64,000 nucleotides of DNA from Octopus sinensis (lineage: Eukaryota). This document shows, piece by piece, positions 62,501-64,000 of this stretch (position 1 is its first letter; every line of letters starts with the position of its first letter). The notes under the pieces are model-generated. The model ran no database searches. It was not told the DNA's origin and was given only the letters and a program-made list of their open reading frames with translations. The translations under genes were made by a program, and so were the position numbers. Location: contig NC_043013.1 in assembly GCF_006345805.1 (NCBI RefSeq), positions 7,688,001-7,752,000 on the forward strand. The letters run 5' to 3'.

Positions 62501-63454
62501 ACCTACTCTACAATGTCATTCTGAAAATAAACAATCACACTATTGAAATCTCAAAGCTATGCAATAATGCATGATTACTTGAAAACTGTCATCATCATCA
62601 TTTAATGTCCATTTCCTCTGTTGGCATGGATTGGATGGTTTGAGAGGAGCTGCCCAGGTTCCATGTCTTTTATGGCATGGCTTCTACGGCTGGATGCTCT
62701 TTGTAAAAACTAACCAGCTTACAGTGCTTTTCCACAGCACTGGCATGGGTGCGTCTACATGGCACCAGCACCTGTAAGCCTGCAAGATAGGAATGCTCAG
62801 CTGGAGCGGGGATGCAGGGGACAAGCATGTATGCAAGGACAACCACACTTAGCTTGGCATGTCTTTTCAAGCCTAGCAAATTGCCAGGTGTCTCAGTCTC
62901 CGGTCATCCCCTCTGTGAGCCCCAATGTGTCTGTGAATTCTTTATCCCCACTTCATCTCATATCAAGCATTACATCTGACACAGAATGCTTAAGGGTGAT
63001 GGATTAAGTATACCAGCCATTGAATAGGCTTCTGCACAGTTTCCTTGTTGACTCAGTTTTATTCACAGCTTGGGTCAATTCAAGGCTATTGTAATTGACA
63101 AGGCACCCACTACACTCATGGAGTGGTTGGCGTTAGGAAGGGCATCCAGCCGTAGAAACATTGCCAGATCAGACTGGGCCTGGTGCAGCCTTCTGGCTTC
63201 CCAGACCCCAGTTGCACCGTCCAACCCATGCCAGCATGGAAAGCGGATGCTAAACGATGATGATGATGATGATTTGCCCGAAACCCCACGCGGCAGGATT
63301 GAACCCAGGATCATGTGATGACAAAGTGAAATTCTGAAACAGCACATCACGGCACCATGCATGTGCTCCGTTAAGTAACAAAAGCAAACAAATAATTAAT
63401 TATACTTTGCTCTTTCTGGTATCTTTCTGTGGTATTTATTGATCTGTTTCTCAG

Positions 63455-63519
63455 ACAGACAGACTGTGATAGGAAGTATGAAGCTGAGATAGAATACAAG
63501 CCATCAACCTTTTCTGCTA
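63455..63519 (+). CDS. Candidate exon of the plus-strand gene: QTDCDRKYEAEIEYKPSTFSA
   Basis: Pyrimidine tract, tandem acceptors (AG ending at 63454, 63458 or 63462) and |gtaagc donor. Only one frame is open. Confidence 0.45.
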
Positions 63520-64000
63520 GTAAGCAATGTTATCAACTCAACTATCTGATACTATTATTTTATGTGACAGTTTTTTTGAGTTTTTTTTTAAATATTTTTT
63601 TTGTACTTTTTCATTATTAACCTGCCTCACGTCATGATGACATACAGACGTACCTCAATATATATCAGTAATTGATTCCATGCCATGTGACTTAAATTGA
63701 AAAATTATGTAACACAGAAAAACATTTTTTTAAAAAATGTATTAGTTCATATCTATTTTAATAAATGATTGATTCATATTTTTGTATGTATTTTTATTTG
63801 ATTTGGTTTTTTTTTTTCACTTCAGTATTGGTTCTTAGATACATTTTTTTTGAATTTTTAAGCTTTTAAATATGTTTGCTGAGACTGCCATAAAATAAGA
63901 TGAATTAACTGAAGCTGAGTTTTATTTTTTCCATTAATTTCTTAAGCAAATGCAGGTTTAGATGTGTGGTGAAGAAGCTTGCTTTCCAACCACATGGTTC

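Overview
AT-rich, repeat-dense eukaryotic genomic DNA, most likely from an octopus. This is an inference from the tRNA-derived SINE families, RTE tails and (TA)n/(TG)n load; no database search was run. Nearly all ORFs in the supplied track are microsatellite or repeat artefacts. The window holds at least four tRNA-headed SINE families (my labels A, C, D, F) with shuffled modules, and LINE fragments of CR1, RTE and CRE/RLE type. It also holds Tc1/mariner, piggyBac and hAT relics and several MITEs with clear TIRs and TSDs. Small exon candidates suggest two divergent host genes of unknown product: a minus-strand gene from about 26 kb leftward and a plus-strand gene from about 42.6 kb rightward, separated by a CpG-retaining zone. 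The most striking structure is at 53.4-54.25 kb: a palindromic, TSD-flanked, ORF-less element made of two head-to-head units, each with a tRNA-like Pol III head, (AAT)n and a Penelope-type minimal hammerhead ribozyme. A 106-bp-arm foldback is nested in its left arm. Two more degenerate hammerhead motifs of the same architecture lie at 21.2 kb and 41.0 kb. A 61-bp hairpin-unit tandem array at 8.5-9.35 kb derives from an RTE 3' UTR.
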